Part shown: positions 14,985 to 28,246 of the stretch, piece after piece | Layout of the letters: the number at the start of each line of letters is the position of its first letter | Numbering within the stretch: the first letter of the stretch is position 1 | Assembly: GCF_009914755.1 (NCBI RefSeq) | Contig: NC_060942.1 | Source: the human T2T-CHM13v2.0 reference genome, Homo sapiens | DNA length: 64,000 bases | Direction: 5' to 3' (one strand) | Position numbers and translations under genes: made by a program | The notes under the pieces: model-generated | Seen by the model: only the letters and a program-made list of their open reading frames with translations | Databases searched by the model: none | What the model was told of the DNA's origin: nothing

Positions 14985-15789
14985 CTAGGAGGCAGCTAGC
15001 AGATAAAGGTGTGGAGCCCAGGGGATGCTTCCTGCACCAGGCGACAGGTTTGGTGGCATTGGCGCACGGTTGGCGTGGAAGCCAAGTTTCTAGAGGGAGC
15101 CGACAAGAAGCTGAGTGTGGGACTTTGGGGGATGAGCTAAGGAGGAAGAAGGAACAAGAGAGGAAGAACAGAAGAGTCGGGGGCCCTGCAGAGAACGGGG
15201 GCCTGGGTGTCTGAAGAGCAGGCGTGGGCTCAGCACTGTGGGCATGTGAGGTGTGCACTGCCCCGGCCTGTCTCAGGGATGCCTGCTTTCTGTGTAGGGA
15301 GCTGCAGTTATGCACAGCCTTGCCTACACCAGAACTTCATATTTAAAGTGAACACATACTAAAATCATAGGCATAAAGCAGCTTTCCCACCGAAAGCAAC
15401 TCTGATTTTATCCATCCATTACTCTACCTGTCCATCTCCCCTGGGGGTGAGCCTGCTGTGTGTCGGATGCCCTTCCAGGGACTCACAGAGTGCCTCCTGC
15501 ACCTGCGTCATTGAGATTTCTCCAGTCACTTTTATGTGGGTTTGGGGGACCAGGTTGTTTGGGAGCATCTTCAGTTTTGGAGGATGCTCATGGCCAAAGG
15601 CTCACCTGAACTTTGTGTAGGCTGTTTGATGACTAGCTTAATTTGCACTCTTCCTGAATTCCTTCTTCCATACACTTTGGCACTCTGATAGGTTTCAAGT
15701 CCCATCTTTGTTACCTGGGGACACTGGAGAGTGGAGAGGCCCAGGGCCATGGGGAAGGTGGCAGGAGCCCTGGCCTTCATGGACTCAGC

Positions 15790-15867
15790 GGTCCTGGCCT
15801 CAAGCTATTCTCCCGCCTTGGTCTCCCAAAGTGCTGGGATTACAGGTGTGAGCCACCGTGCCAGGCC
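15790..15867 (-). mobile_element. Alu left-arm fragment
   Basis: ctcccaaagtgctgggattacaggtgtgagccaccgtgccaggcc. Confidence 0.8.
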
Positions 15868-17565
15868 AAGCCATGATCTTTTTTGCCAGAGCCAGCTCAG
15901 TCATTGTCCGTGTGTGTCAGCGGTGAGCTGGACGTCAGGCTATAGAAGGAATGTGGAAGCTGACTATGGGAACTGGCTATGGGAGGACCGTGTGCTTTTA
16001 CCCCAGGCTGAGGCCGGGCTCACAGGCAGGGGACGTGGGAACTGATCATAGCGACCACTTACTCACCTTCTTAGGGTGATCTGGTCATTTTTCAGTTAGT
16101 AAGTGTTTATAGAGCACCTGTATTTGGTGCTGGAGGTGTAGGAATGAAACGCATTTTCTGCCCTCTAGTTGCTGTCCAACCTGGTGGAGACAGAAAAGGG
16201 AAAAATATGCGCAGGTGTCAGGCGCTCTGTAAGAGGGCATGCGTGTGGGGAGCCTGGGGGCCTGTTGGCCTCAGTGGGCTGTTGGGTGGGCGGCCATGGT
16301 CTTGGTGAGAAAGTTGCTGGCAGGGGCACTGTGGGCGTCTGCTGGTGTACTCAGGATGGCCAGAGCATGGCACGGGGTCTCCAGTTGGGGTGGAGGGAGA
16401 TGAGAGTGGAAGGGAGGCAGTGTTCGGACCGTGAGAAGCCACAGGTGCCCCGGAGTGTACACTGCATCTGAAGTGCACTGGGGAGCCTTTGAAGAGTTCT
16501 AAGCAGAGAAGTGATCTGAGCAGATGTGTGTTTTGAGAGCCGCCCCTGCATTGCAGCACCTTGGATAAATGCTCTGATTCCCTCTGAGTAAATATTGAGA
16601 GTGAACTTCATGCTCTTTAGATAAATATCCTTTCCTTGGTGTCTTTTCTTCTGATGCCAGGCGTCTGGTAATAAACTCCACGTGGGCTTACGCACACAGA
16701 TACAGATGCCTCCTCCCATGCCTTCTGTTTCCTCTCAAATCAGAGGCAACTGGAAGGGTAATTCAGCCCCGCCCTGCAGCCTGACCACGCCTGCCACCCA
16801 GGAGCGAGCCGTGGCTTGGAACTGTGGGGGATTCTGGGAGGTTTTGCGCTCTTGCCACTAGAATGCGTCTCCATTAGCATGGAATAGTCAATGCATGGAC
16901 ATTTTTAATCCTCAGCCAACGCACTAATTAAATTCCTGGTTGCAGGTGGCCTGCCACACAGGGAGCTGTGTCCATAGCAAAGTATTTTCCAGGAAGAAGT
17001 GGGTTTCATATCAGGACTGTGAGTCACAGTGCAAAATACATGCGCCAGCACACATTTATACACCACTGCACAGAAGTTTCTGGAGAAGAACTTGCCCTCA
17101 CCTTCTGAGATGTATTTGTTCTTACTCCTGCATTTGCTTCATAGACCACTAATGGGTTGCAATCCGAAGTTTGGAAAGCATTGTCTTACAGGAACATGGA
17201 GTCCAGGGTCCGGAGGTGGGGCTTGTGGTCTCTGTTGCTGTGCTGGATGGACACCGAGGGGAACAGGCTGAGGATGGACCTGTGGAACCACATCTTAAAG
17301 ACATTATTTAAATCTAATTTTCAGTTTGCCTTTATTGATTTGAGCTGACTGTGTTGATGCCCCTAGTGACTCTGGTGGGTACCTGCTCTGTGTCAGGGAC
17401 TCTACAGCGGCACCATATAGTTTAATAAGGAGATGGCACCCTTTCCGTTTCTTGCTGTGCGGAAGTGGCCCAGAGAAACCGTGGGAAATGCTCCATGGAG
17501 ACTGCCATTTTCTGTGACATTGGGCCTTATGCTGCCTTTAGATGTAGGCAGTGTCTCTTTCATGG

Positions 17566-17886
17566 TTTTTTGTTTTGTTTTTTTTTTTGTTTGTTTTTTT
17601 TTTTTTGAGATGGATTCTTGCTTTGTCTCTTAGACTGGAGTGCAGTGGTGGGATCTTGGCTCACTGAAACCTCCGCCTCCTGGGTTCAAGCGATTCTCCT
17701 GCCTCAGCCTCTGGAGTAACTGGGACTACAGGCGCGCACCACCACACCCAGCTAATTTTTATATTTTTAGTAGAAACGGGGTTTCACCATATTGACCAGA
17801 CTGATCTCAAACTCCTGACCTCATGATCTCCCTGCTTCGGCCTCCCAAAGTGCTGGGTTTATAGGCATGAGCCACCACACCCGGCC
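17566..17886 (-). mobile_element. AluS-type SINE
   Basis: Full dimer in antisense with a long T tail. Confidence 0.92.
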
Positions 17887-18255
17887 CCCTTCATGTTTCT
17901 CAATTCCTACCTTTTCTCACCGGAAAACATTGCCAGAATTTTCAGACTAAGCTGTGGCTCCTGGCGGACTCTGTTCTGAGAACCCGGGTGCCGGTGGGCA
18001 ATGCGCCCACCAATGCGGTGGGAGGCTGAGGGAAGACTCTCCTTTCTGGCACAGGTGGCTGTGGGACTGCTGTGCTCCTCTCACACCCAGGCTCCAGGAG
18101 GAGCAGCCACACAGAGGCTGAGATGGGGGGGCCAGGGCTGGGAAATGCTGTGGGTGTGGGCTGACTGCTGCCATCACCTCTAAGAATGGGGGGCTGCCCC
18201 AGGAAGCCCAGTGTTCCATGCCCTGCTGCTGCTGGAGCCCACCTCACAAATGTTA

Positions 18256-18737
<482 letters not shown>

Positions 18738-19639
18738 TCATGTCTTTATTTATGAAGGAAGTTTCATTATAGGATTCCTTAAATAGCAAGAGTTTCTGTA
18801 TCACATTTAGAACAGCATTAGGTTTACCCTGCTTTTACTGTGCTCTGGACCCAGCCCTTGAGTGTCTAGAGACACTCAAGCCATGGTTTCTACTTACATG
18901 GGACGGTGAGTTAAAGTTGATGATATTTAAGAGCAGTTTTAATTCCTGAATGCCATAATTCTGCTCAAATGTAAAAGGTTAGTTTACCATATATTTCATC
19001 ACACTTGATCTATTGTCGAATTCACCAAGCACTGCCGTGTGCCCTTGCCAGGCATGCCATCAGAAAGGCCGGTCCCTGCCCTCAGGAAGTGCTGGCAGCC
19101 ACACCCCTGTGCACCTGTTCTTCGCAGGGCAGACCTGGAGGTTGTTCCTCTCTACCACAGTTGCCTTGGGGGTACACGTAAAGGTGGTGTAGTTTTTTTC
19201 CTGGTTAGCCTTACTTTTACCTACCTTTTGAGAGGAAGAGAGGATTTGCTCGTCAGCAGTATCTTTTGCTGAACACTAAGCTAAATTCTAAGGGAAAATG
19301 CAAATAAAAACACCTTGCCCTTGAACTATTAGAAGAAATGAAAGAGACAAGATGAATGCAAGAAAAATACAGAGAACAAAACAGCACACAACAAGCAATT
19401 ATTTATGTTAATTGGTGGCAGCTGTACAGAGCTGGGATGGGCGTGCTGGGAATGCTAGGCCGTCTGGGTGTCCTGGAGGTTCCTCCAGGGTGACTGAGAA
19501 ACTGAAATGAGGCCAGCTCTGCAGGGTTTTTCCCCTCCCTTCCCTGAAGCTGTGGAATGGAAGTTGAATAAGACATTGCACTGAAGATGAGGAGGGTATG
19601 GTCCGGTACTCAGCACTTCATGTTCATGCTCCATGTCCT

Positions 19640-19820
19640 GGGCAGGGCTTGTCTGTGTTAATAAAGTTTTATTGGCATGTAGCCACACCATGTGTTTGTG
19701 TGTTGTCTGTTGGGGCTGCGTCCCTGTCTTCTCGGCAGAGCAGAGGAGCAGGGGCCGAGGCGGCATGGCCTGTGCAGAACCGTTCACCATCTGGGCCTTT
19801 GTGGGAAGCTTGCTGTCTGG
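19640..19820 (-). mobile_element. MER58-like hAT-Charlie DNA transposon remnant
   Basis: aataaagttttattggcatgtagccacacc...ccatctgggccttt matches antisense MER58A as I recall it. Confidence 0.6.
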
Positions 19821-20033
19821 GCTCCAGTTGCGTCTTCATGTAAACTCAAAGTAAACACATGTACACAATAAATATCAACAACGGATTTTCTGGCTAGGGT
19901 CTCGCAGACTAACAGATTTCAGTGGAGCTGGGTGTAAGCACATCTCTGTATTTATTCCCAATTATTTTTATCATTTTTAATGGAACTCTTAACAGCTCAC
20001 ACTCCTTTGGCATCCTCTACCACAACTGTTTAA

Positions 20034-20058
20034 TGTGTGTGTGTGTGTGTGTGTGTGT
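20034..20058. repeat. (TG)n microsatellite
   Basis: About 12 TG units. Confidence 0.95.
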
Positions 20059-20845
20059 CTTTTGAGCAAAGGCAGAAATCCCTTGTTTTGATTTCCTTTT
20101 CTCATCGCAGCAGTTGTAGCGCTCTGGCTTTATACGCTTTGAGAACCTAAAAAGCAACTGGGTCTCAACACCAACTCATGGCCTTTTTTTAAGTTTGTGT
20201 ATGACATTATACACATATGTATAAATATATGTGTATTTTTGCTTCAGTGGAATGAAAATGTGCGTCACAGACTGTATGTTCAATGTTTTCTTTAGCTGCT
20301 CACAGTTATAGGATTGTGCAGAAACGCTTAGCTATCTTTGTTGCTTGTGTGCTGACTAATGAAATAATTGATTTTTCCTCTTTTGCATTTTTAGAATCAG
20401 AAGATTATTTTTTCAAGTAAGCTTATACTATAATTCAATGATTGATGGTTGAGATCTTTGCTCATATTTTCATTTTCAGAGATTAATATATGCATTTTGA
20501 AGGAGACAGTGTATTTAGTAAAACAAACTGAAATAGCTCCCCTTTTATATTTAAGCAAAATGGATAGAAAATCAGTAACTTGCTTTTGAATAGTACCTGG
20601 CAGTTTATGTGGTATTTTGCAGTTCAGTGTAGAAATAAATGCTACTTTTTTGTGACACAGCACACTTTTAGCTGAAACGTGGAGTATACTTTTACCTTGT
20701 ACATTTTCATTTAGACTGGATTTTAAAGCTACCTTAGTTATTTTTTATAATAAATTCCAGAGTTTTCCAAAATTCTCTCATTTCTTTTAAAATGACACGT
20801 GTACAGTTCCATTCTTCTTTGATAATATGTCTACATTTATAAATA

Positions 20846-20910
20846 TTTTCTAAATATTTCACATATTTCCACCATGCAAACGTGTGGAAATGTGTGAAAT
20901 ATTTAGAAAA
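20846..20910. repeat. Near-perfect 27-bp inverted repeat / hairpin
   Basis: ttttctaaatatttcacatatttccac (20846-20872) pairs with gtggaaatgtgtgaaatatttagaaaa (20884-20910), with a single G.U pair. Confidence 0.92.
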
Positions 20911-21085
20911 AATGTGTACGTTTGATCCTCAACCACGTGGAATTTGCTTTTACCTTTTAGAGAAATCACACTTGGAGGTGATGTCATGTGTCCCTGATAA
21001 TTACACGTAAATGTTGGCTGTTTTGTTACCTTCTGACCCACATAGGTCGTCTCTTGGGATAGCACAGGTAGCAGAGGATGCTGCA

Positions 21086-21184
21086 GAGGCCAGAGCCCTC
21101 CCAGCCCTGACCCCACACAGGCTCCTATGGAGGCCGGAGCCCTCTCAGCCCTGACCCCACACAGTCTCCTGTGGAGGCCAGAGC
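21086..21184. repeat. 44-bp tandem repeat, about 2.3 copies
   Basis: Unit gaggccagagccctcccagccctgaccccacacaggctcctatg. Confidence 0.88.
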
Positions 21185-21289
21185 TGGGTCATGGACTGCA
21201 GGCTGCCGATGGGAGCAAGCTCTCATGCAGGAGTGGCTGTCTGTCCATTGTTGGTCTGTGGAGAAGGTTCTAGAGCCAAAGAACCTGGA

Positions 21290-21600
21290 GTCTAGAATCT
21301 CACTAATTAGATGTGGTCCCCAGCAGCATCAGCATCCCCTGGGAGCTGGTTGGAAATGCAGCCTCTTGGGCCCTGCCCCGGACCTGCTGAACCGAATCTG
21401 CAGTCACCACATCCCCGGAATTTGCAGGCACCTTAATCTCAGGAAGCTCTGGTCTGGATCTTCGCTTTCCCAGAACAGCCGTGCATCAGAATCACCTTTG
21501 GAGCTGATGAGACACTGCAGAGTCCTGCCCCAGCCCCGACAGATAGTGATTCAATTGGTCTGGGGTGATTCTGCCACCCAGCCAGGAGTGGGACCCGTGC
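21290..21600. mobile_element. Two adjacent MER5-type (hAT-Charlie) MITE remnants
   Basis: gtggtccccagcagcatcagcatcccctgggagctggttggaaatgcag...gacctgctgaaccgaatctg and gcatcagaatcacctttggagct...gattcaattggtctgggg. Confidence 0.7.
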
Positions 21601-23804
21601 TCTGAAATGGTCATCCCTGTTGGCTGAGGGGCGATTGAGAAGGCCAGCACCTGCTAGGTGTGTGTCTGGAAGTCTGCAGCAGCTTCAATTACACAGCCCA
21701 GCTGCTGGGAGCCTCATCTTTAGGACTCTATCCCCAAGTGGACATCTTATTCCTAAAGAGCACCCCAGGCCCTGGACCTGTGTGTAGGTGCCGTCTGCAG
21801 CCCCATGACGGGGATGGAGATTTGCAGGCGTCTAGCCACCCAGCCTCCACTCCCTTCCCTTCCTGTTCCCATGGAAACAGATTGCGGGAACACTGGGCAT
21901 GGTGCTATCTTTACCCGGTTTTTGGCGATCTGAGGTCTGTTTCCATGGGAACTAGAAGGGAAGGGGACGGTAGTGGAGCAGCTAGACTGCTTTTAGATTT
22001 TGATGGCAGCCTCTGTGCTCACTGTAAAACCTGCTTTGCCCAAGTTTACCTCTAGGCCAGGGGTCCGTGCAGCTCTGAATGCAGCCAGGACTCATCTGGA
22101 GGAGAGGCCGGTGGAAAAGGAGGAGAAAAGGAGGAGGTCTGAAAATATCCTTGAAAATGCCAGTCATTCCCTTTTCCTCCAGGAAGCCATTTTTAGGTGT
22201 TGGTATAAGTTATTTAAATGCCATCTTTAGTTATTATTTCTTGTATGGTTTTATTGAACATAATAACATGTTTTTATTCAAAGGAAGTGAGGAGATGAGT
22301 CATTTCGATAGGAGTGATGTCTCCGACGTGGGGAATCCCTGTGGCTCGGCAGTGCGAGTGAGTCACAGCTGGCTCTGTGTGTTGGGCTGGAAATGAGGGC
22401 CTGCTGGGTCAGGGCAGGGCCGAAGCTGAGTGAGATGGGGAGGCTTGGGTTGGTGGTAAGGACAAAGTAAAGTGATGCTGACCTATTTAAGTATTTGAAG
22501 ATGAAAAGCTAAATTCTAATCTAAGCAGGCCCTGGCCTGAGTGAATGCTCTGAGTGTTCAGTTATGGAGTGGAGTTTACTGGGGCAATCATGGTGCTCTG
22601 CTTTTCCCTCCCTTCCCTCTGTACAGTCAGGGAACAGCACCCTCTTCCTCCCTGCCAGGGAGCCTGCACCTGGTGGGAGGCCTTCTCCTCCTCGTTTCCT
22701 CCCGCCCGCCAGCGCCTTGCTCTTCAACACTGGTCTTGTCCACCGGCGTATGTGTGTTTCCCGATTTCAAGTGTATTTGTTAATTATCTAGTTTTTAAGT
22801 AAAAATAGAGGGTAGTTTTGGTGATTGCCTGGGGTATTGGGGATATTTGGGGAGCAGTGGCCCAGATTATCTTGGTGAAAGTGGCAGCAGCTTACTTTCC
22901 TTGGAGGAGTGAAATCAAGTCCTCGTTCTTGCCGTTTGAGGGAACTGTGTTCACTTCATCAGACTCTGGGAGGGAGGGTAGGCACGAGGTTGCTGTCTGT
23001 TGCGGGAAAGCTGCCCCTCCCTGCCTGTCCTCCCAGGCTGTGCGGGCACTGGCCTCTGTCTGAAGAAATGTGCTTAGGTCTCCATGCAGAGTAGGGGTTG
23101 GAATAAATCGATTCCTACTTGTCAACTCCAGTGGGGAAGGGAATAAATAAGGGCCAGATTCTGAGAGGGAAAAAGAAAAATCTAAAGAAGACATGACTTT
23201 CCGTGCAGAGGAAGTTGGCGGTCAGGCTGGCGCGGCCCACGGTCGCTTAGATCATGAAAGGCCTCTCAGAGCCTGTGCATCCCCATGAACAGCGGCGTCA
23301 GCTGCCAAGCATGGCAGTTATATTCCCTCTTGCCAGCGGCATCCTGTGGTTTTCTCTGGTGGATCCCAGGAATTCTCCTGCCTGGATCTGACGGTGGACA
23401 TATAAGACAGACAGATCCTTTCAGCATCAGGTATACACAGGGGCTTCTTCTGCGGGTGAGGGCACAGCTCAGGATGAGACGGCTCCTGCAGTTGCCGATC
23501 AGTGCCTCTGAAGCCCAGCAAACTCAGCACACCCTCGGCGTCCGGTGCTGTGGAAGACTGCTCTATCACACGCGGTTCCAGAGGGGCCAGTTCTGTCTTC
23601 CAGGAGGGCACGTATCTTTACCGCTGCCTGGGCTGCCTGGCGGGATACATGGTACCTGTCTGTGGTGCTTTCCCCATGAATAACCCTCACTTGCTTTTCC
23701 TGTGTGAGAGCACACGCACGGGCCTTCGTTACCAAGGCAGTGGAAATTGGTCTAATGAACTCTTTCTGCCTGGCCGGAGGCCTCCAGAACACAGCGGTGG
23801 GGTT

Positions 23805-23910
23805 TGTGGCCCCATTAGTTAGAGACCAGGCAGCCTTCCCCTGGGTTCTCTGCCCTCTGTGACAGCTGCTCCTGGGGACAGATGCACTTTCACATCCTGC
23901 CTCGCCTGGC
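23805..23910. repeat. Copy 1 of a ~105-bp direct duplication (partner 25102-25207)
   Basis: tgtggcccc(a/g)ttagttag(a/g)gaccaggcagccttcccctg...gtgacagctgctcctggggacag is shared by both copies. Confidence 0.9.
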
Positions 23911-25101
23911 CTTGCAGGAAGTCAGGAAGCTCTCTCAGTGCTCCCTGAAGGTGCATCGAGTCGGGACTACCCGTCAGAAGGCTTAGTGTGCCGGGCCCCG
24001 CAGGTGGCATTTGATGTGTGTCACACCCAAGAGCTCCTCTGTCACACTCTTGGGTCTGCTCACTGCCGGTAACATCAACGCCAGAGCCATCCTCTGACAG
24101 CACTGTTTTGCATTCTGTCCTTCAGACATCGGCTGAAATATGCATCTCCTTGGATTTCTGTGGCCAGATTAAGTTATTTCACCAACATGAACTGACTAGG
24201 CTGCGTCACGTCTGTTTCCATAACTTGGTCTGCCTCAATGATGGTTTTGCTGCTTGAATTGCAAGTCATTCTTGGAAAGGCTGGTCTAGAGGTTATCTTT
24301 TTTTAGCTCTTAGATGAGTGCCCGTGCCTTCTCCCAGGTGGTTGTACAACCCATGACTTTCCTAGGGTGGCACGCGATTAACTGCAAATAATTTCTTCTT
24401 CTGGTTCCCTTAAGTGGGAGAAATAGCAGAGTGGTTGAACCGAAGTTTAAGTTCTAAGAGGATATCAGATGGGCCTGTATCTGTTTCTCCTCTTCAGGCA
24501 ATAGAAACCGCTTCCTCTCTCCAGAGGAAAGTGGGACTTCCCCTACCTTTTGTCATAATGGACATACTCAGGCAGTGAGGAGTCATCATTCCGCCAGAGC
24601 ACAAACTGCTGGCCAGTCCCAAGAGCTTCGCGAGCGTGACCCGCCATTGAGCCTACATTAAGTTGCATGGAGCAATAGGCAGAGCCTCGCAGGCCCATCC
24701 CAGACAACACAGAGTCTCCCCTGGAAATATCTAAGAAAAGTCTTACTGGAGCATTTCTGTCCACCCCCACTCACCTTGAATTGGATACCGAGTTGTGAAA
24801 AATTATATAAAGTGGACAGTTTTTCTTTGTCCTAAAGGAATATATATTCCTCAGATAATGAATGTGAGCAAATGAGACAGAAGTGCTTCATGAAAGCTCA
24901 GCTGTTCCCTGTGTGTTTGATTTAAGAGGCACTTGTGGAGCTGGTTTGGAGCTTGGTGAACAAGGAATGCTTAGGAGGCTTTGTGAACGCAGGCGACTGA
25001 AATGACTCTGATCGTTCATTTCTGTAGGGAACATTGGCTGTTATATCGCTGATCAGTTTGTCTGAGCCTTAAGGTGTAGGGTGTTTTGCTGCGTGTCCTG
25101 G

Positions 25102-25207
25102 TGTGGCCCCGTTAGTTAGGGACCAGGCAGCCTTCCCCTGAGTTCCCTGCACTCTGTGACAGCTGCTCCTGGGGACAGTTGCAGGTTCACAGGCTGCCTC
25201 GCCCGGC
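25102..25207. repeat. Copy 2 of the ~105-bp direct duplication
   Basis: Roughly 85-90% identical to 23805-23910 by eye; offset 1297 bp. Confidence 0.9.
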
Positions 25208-25959
25208 AGAGGGGCATGGGAGCACCCTACTTGTCAGAAGGGTGGTTTGTTGCCCTCTCTGTGCCATCTTTCGTTCTCAGGGCTGTGTGGAAGCTTGAGA
25301 GGTGCATGTGAAGAACTTAAAAGGTCAGCACTTTACCAAGGGAACAAACCACACAAGAAAAGAGACGGAAGAACAGCAGACAGGACCCTGCGTGATGATT
25401 TTCCGAGAAGGAGATGTAAAAACTTGGTCAAATTTATTATTTTTCTTTCTATTGCTGCTTTTTAAATGTTATATTTCAGTATGAAAACATGAAAAAAAGC
25501 CAATCAAATATCAAGAGCCTCTATCTTTTTCCTTTTAAAGGCAAGTTTCTTTCTTGACATTTTTTTCCTCTTCTACTATTCTACCACATTTCATACCAAA
25601 AACCTCACCCACACACTTTCTCTAATTTTGTATCCTTTCTCCTGTTTCTCTCTGTTGTTAATTTTAGCTGGCATGGAATGATTTGAGCTTTGATTTTTAT
25701 CTATTGGGAACTTTTTAAAAAAATCAAGACAAATTAGCAGAGGAACTAGGAGATGAATCTGACGTTGTATCAGTTGGGTCAGATCAGAACTGGAAGAGGG
25801 TGGGCTGAGCCGTGTTAGAGACGCGATTTCATCGGCCATCTGCTGAGGCAGGTTGTAGTAATTTGGGAGGGGTGGTAACTTCTCCAGCCCTCATTAGATC
25901 TAGGGTTTTGTTTGTGTTTTCTCATTAGATACACAATGGCTCCATCAGGCCAGTGCCAT

Positions 25960-26070
25960 CATTGCTTCCATTTTACAGCCAAGGAAACTGAGGCTCAGGG
26001 GCTTTAAGTAACTGCCTAAGTCACACACAGCCTAGAATGAGGTGAACCCAATGTGGCCAGAGCCCAGACT
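25960..26070 (-). mobile_element. MIR fragment
   Basis: ccattttacagccaaggaaactgaggctcagggg...aagtaactgcctaagtcacacagc is the MIR core. Confidence 0.7.
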
Positions 26071-26847
26071 TTTGTCCTCTGGCCCCTTTGTATAAGGCTC
26101 TTGTTTGAGCATGTTTGAAACAGTGTGGGGCTGGGCACTGCCTGTGCAGTAAACTCCCAGCCACGATGTCCCCCATGGGGCACCCCCAGGCCAGCAGCCA
26201 CTTGTGTGTGGTGCCCAGATGCAGGACAGAGGCCATAGATTGAAAAGGAGGTGACCTAGCTGAGGCTCAGCTAGAATTCTGTGCAGTACAGTCAGCATTT
26301 ATTGGGTACCTGCTGTATTCTAGTCCCCATGGTCAATGCCAAGGATAATCAGGAAGCGTTGTCCAGAAACACCTGCAGAGGCAGACGAGACACAAGGATC
26401 TGGGCCCCATGGTGACAGGAGCTTGGTTTGTTTTGCTCACTGCTGTCTCCCCAGCTCCTAAAATAGTGCCTGCCAGAGTAATGACCCCACAAATAGCTGT
26501 TGAAATACTGAATGAAGAGATGCAGCTTTGGTGGCGTCCTGCAGGCCAGAGAGCAGGGAAGACTGTGGGCCGGCACAGGTGTCCCAGGGAAGCCTGCTGT
26601 GAGCTGACAGCAAGGAGTGGCTTGGCAAGGGAGATGAAAATTGTTTCGTACAAACAGCTTGTCGGTTCATATTCTTTTCTATTCCCACCAAAGAATGAGA
26701 CAGCTCCCCCTCCCTTCCTGCCCACACTTGTTAGCCTATGGTCTGACCCCCTTCTTGTTTGCCTGTCATGCCCATTTTAAGCTGATTTTATCTGAAGAAA
26801 GCTGGAGTGGGGGAGATCCCTGGGTGTGGAGGATTGCAGAGGCCTGC

Positions 26848-26893
26848 CCCTGCCCGCCAGCCCCCTGCCCGCCAGCCCCCTGCCCGTCAGCCC
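26848..26893. repeat. C-rich 15-bp tandem repeat x3
   Basis: ccctgcccgccagcc repeated three times. Confidence 0.8.
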
Positions 26894-27956
26894 GAGCCCT
26901 CACGCCAGGCCACAGTGGGAGCAGAACCTCTACGGGGGTGGGGCTGGGTTGGGAGGGGCATTGCCGCTGCTTGGCTGGTGGCCACAGTGGAGGTGTCTGT
27001 GATGTGCTCAGACCGGGCTCAGACCAGAATGCACGTCTGCTCAGGGATCATCTGCCCCTGGGCCAAGCCCTGACCCTTTCCCATTCCCTTGTGCATGTGG
27101 GTGCTGTGGGAATGGCCTGGTTCGGGCCCTGGAAAGCAGAGATCTTCCCAGTATTCCCTGATTCCCAGCGAGCGGCTGGTGCAGGTGTGCACGGCTGTCT
27201 TCCTAGCATTGCAGGCTCTCCCTCCTGAGCCAGTGTCTCCTGTGGCCGCTGTGTGTAGACAGTGGAACTGGAAGCTTGGGCCAGGATCCAGACACCTGGT
27301 TCCAGCCCTGGCTTGCATTCCTCCCACACTCATCTTCAACCTGTCCCCTCTCCCTGAGCCTCTGGATCGCCTCCTCCACAAAGCACAGGGGTCGGATATA
27401 TGACTCCTTGCGGCTTCCTCTGCTGCTAGATCATATGAGTCGATAATTATAGACTTACTAATGCATTAAGGACAGTTATCCTGTTTATTTTAGGGGGAAC
27501 TCTCTCCAACTTGGTTTGAATATAGCCTCAGGATTTATCAAGTGTTGGATTTGTCAAGGTGACATTTTAAAGAATGTTCTAATATAATTATTGCTTTTCC
27601 TGTTTGCAGCCTGTGTGTGTCTTTGAATCGATGTTTTGGGTTTTGTACTTGCTTCCTGAATTGGTGACCTACAGCAAGGCACTACGCTACCCTGAACTAC
27701 ATTATGCTGAACAAGTAACCAGATCCCACTGAGCTACCCAGGGTGAGGATGGCTTGGAGGTTGTGTTACAAAAGCTACATGTTATTTTGCCCCCCCACAT
27801 CACAGAGATGAAAAGTAGCATGAAAAATTCATCACACTCCAACTCAGTCTTCCCTGGCTATAGGCAGCCTGTTTCTCTGACTTGCTCTCAGATTTGCATT
27901 TCCATGTGGATTTTCTGTGCTTCTGCACTGTGTCCCTTTCTTTTGTTTCTCTTTAG

Positions 27957-28246
27957 TTTTTTTTTTTTTTTTGAAGAGACAGGGTCTTGCTATGTTGCCC
28001 AGGCTGGAGTGCAGTGGTGCAGTCACAGCTCACAGCAGCTTTGAACTCATGGGCTCAAGCAGTCCTCCTGCCTCAGCCTCCCCAGTATAGGTGTGCACAG
28101 CCATGCCCAGCTAATTTTTATATTTTTAGTAGATATGGGGACTTTCTATGTTGGCTAGGTGGGTTTCAAACACCTGGGCTCAAGCAATCCTCCTGCCACA
28201 GCCTCCCAAAGCACTGGGGTTACAGGCGTGAGGCACCGTGCCCGCC
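27957..28246 (-). mobile_element. AluJ-type SINE
   Basis: Diverged full dimer in antisense. Confidence 0.88.

Noticed and set aside
23997-24010. CTCF-like motif CCCGCAGGTGGCAT (another at about 25832-25848 on the minus strand)
   Set aside because: Partial matches of this quality are expected in 64 kb, and cannot be supported without a PWM scan or ChIP data.
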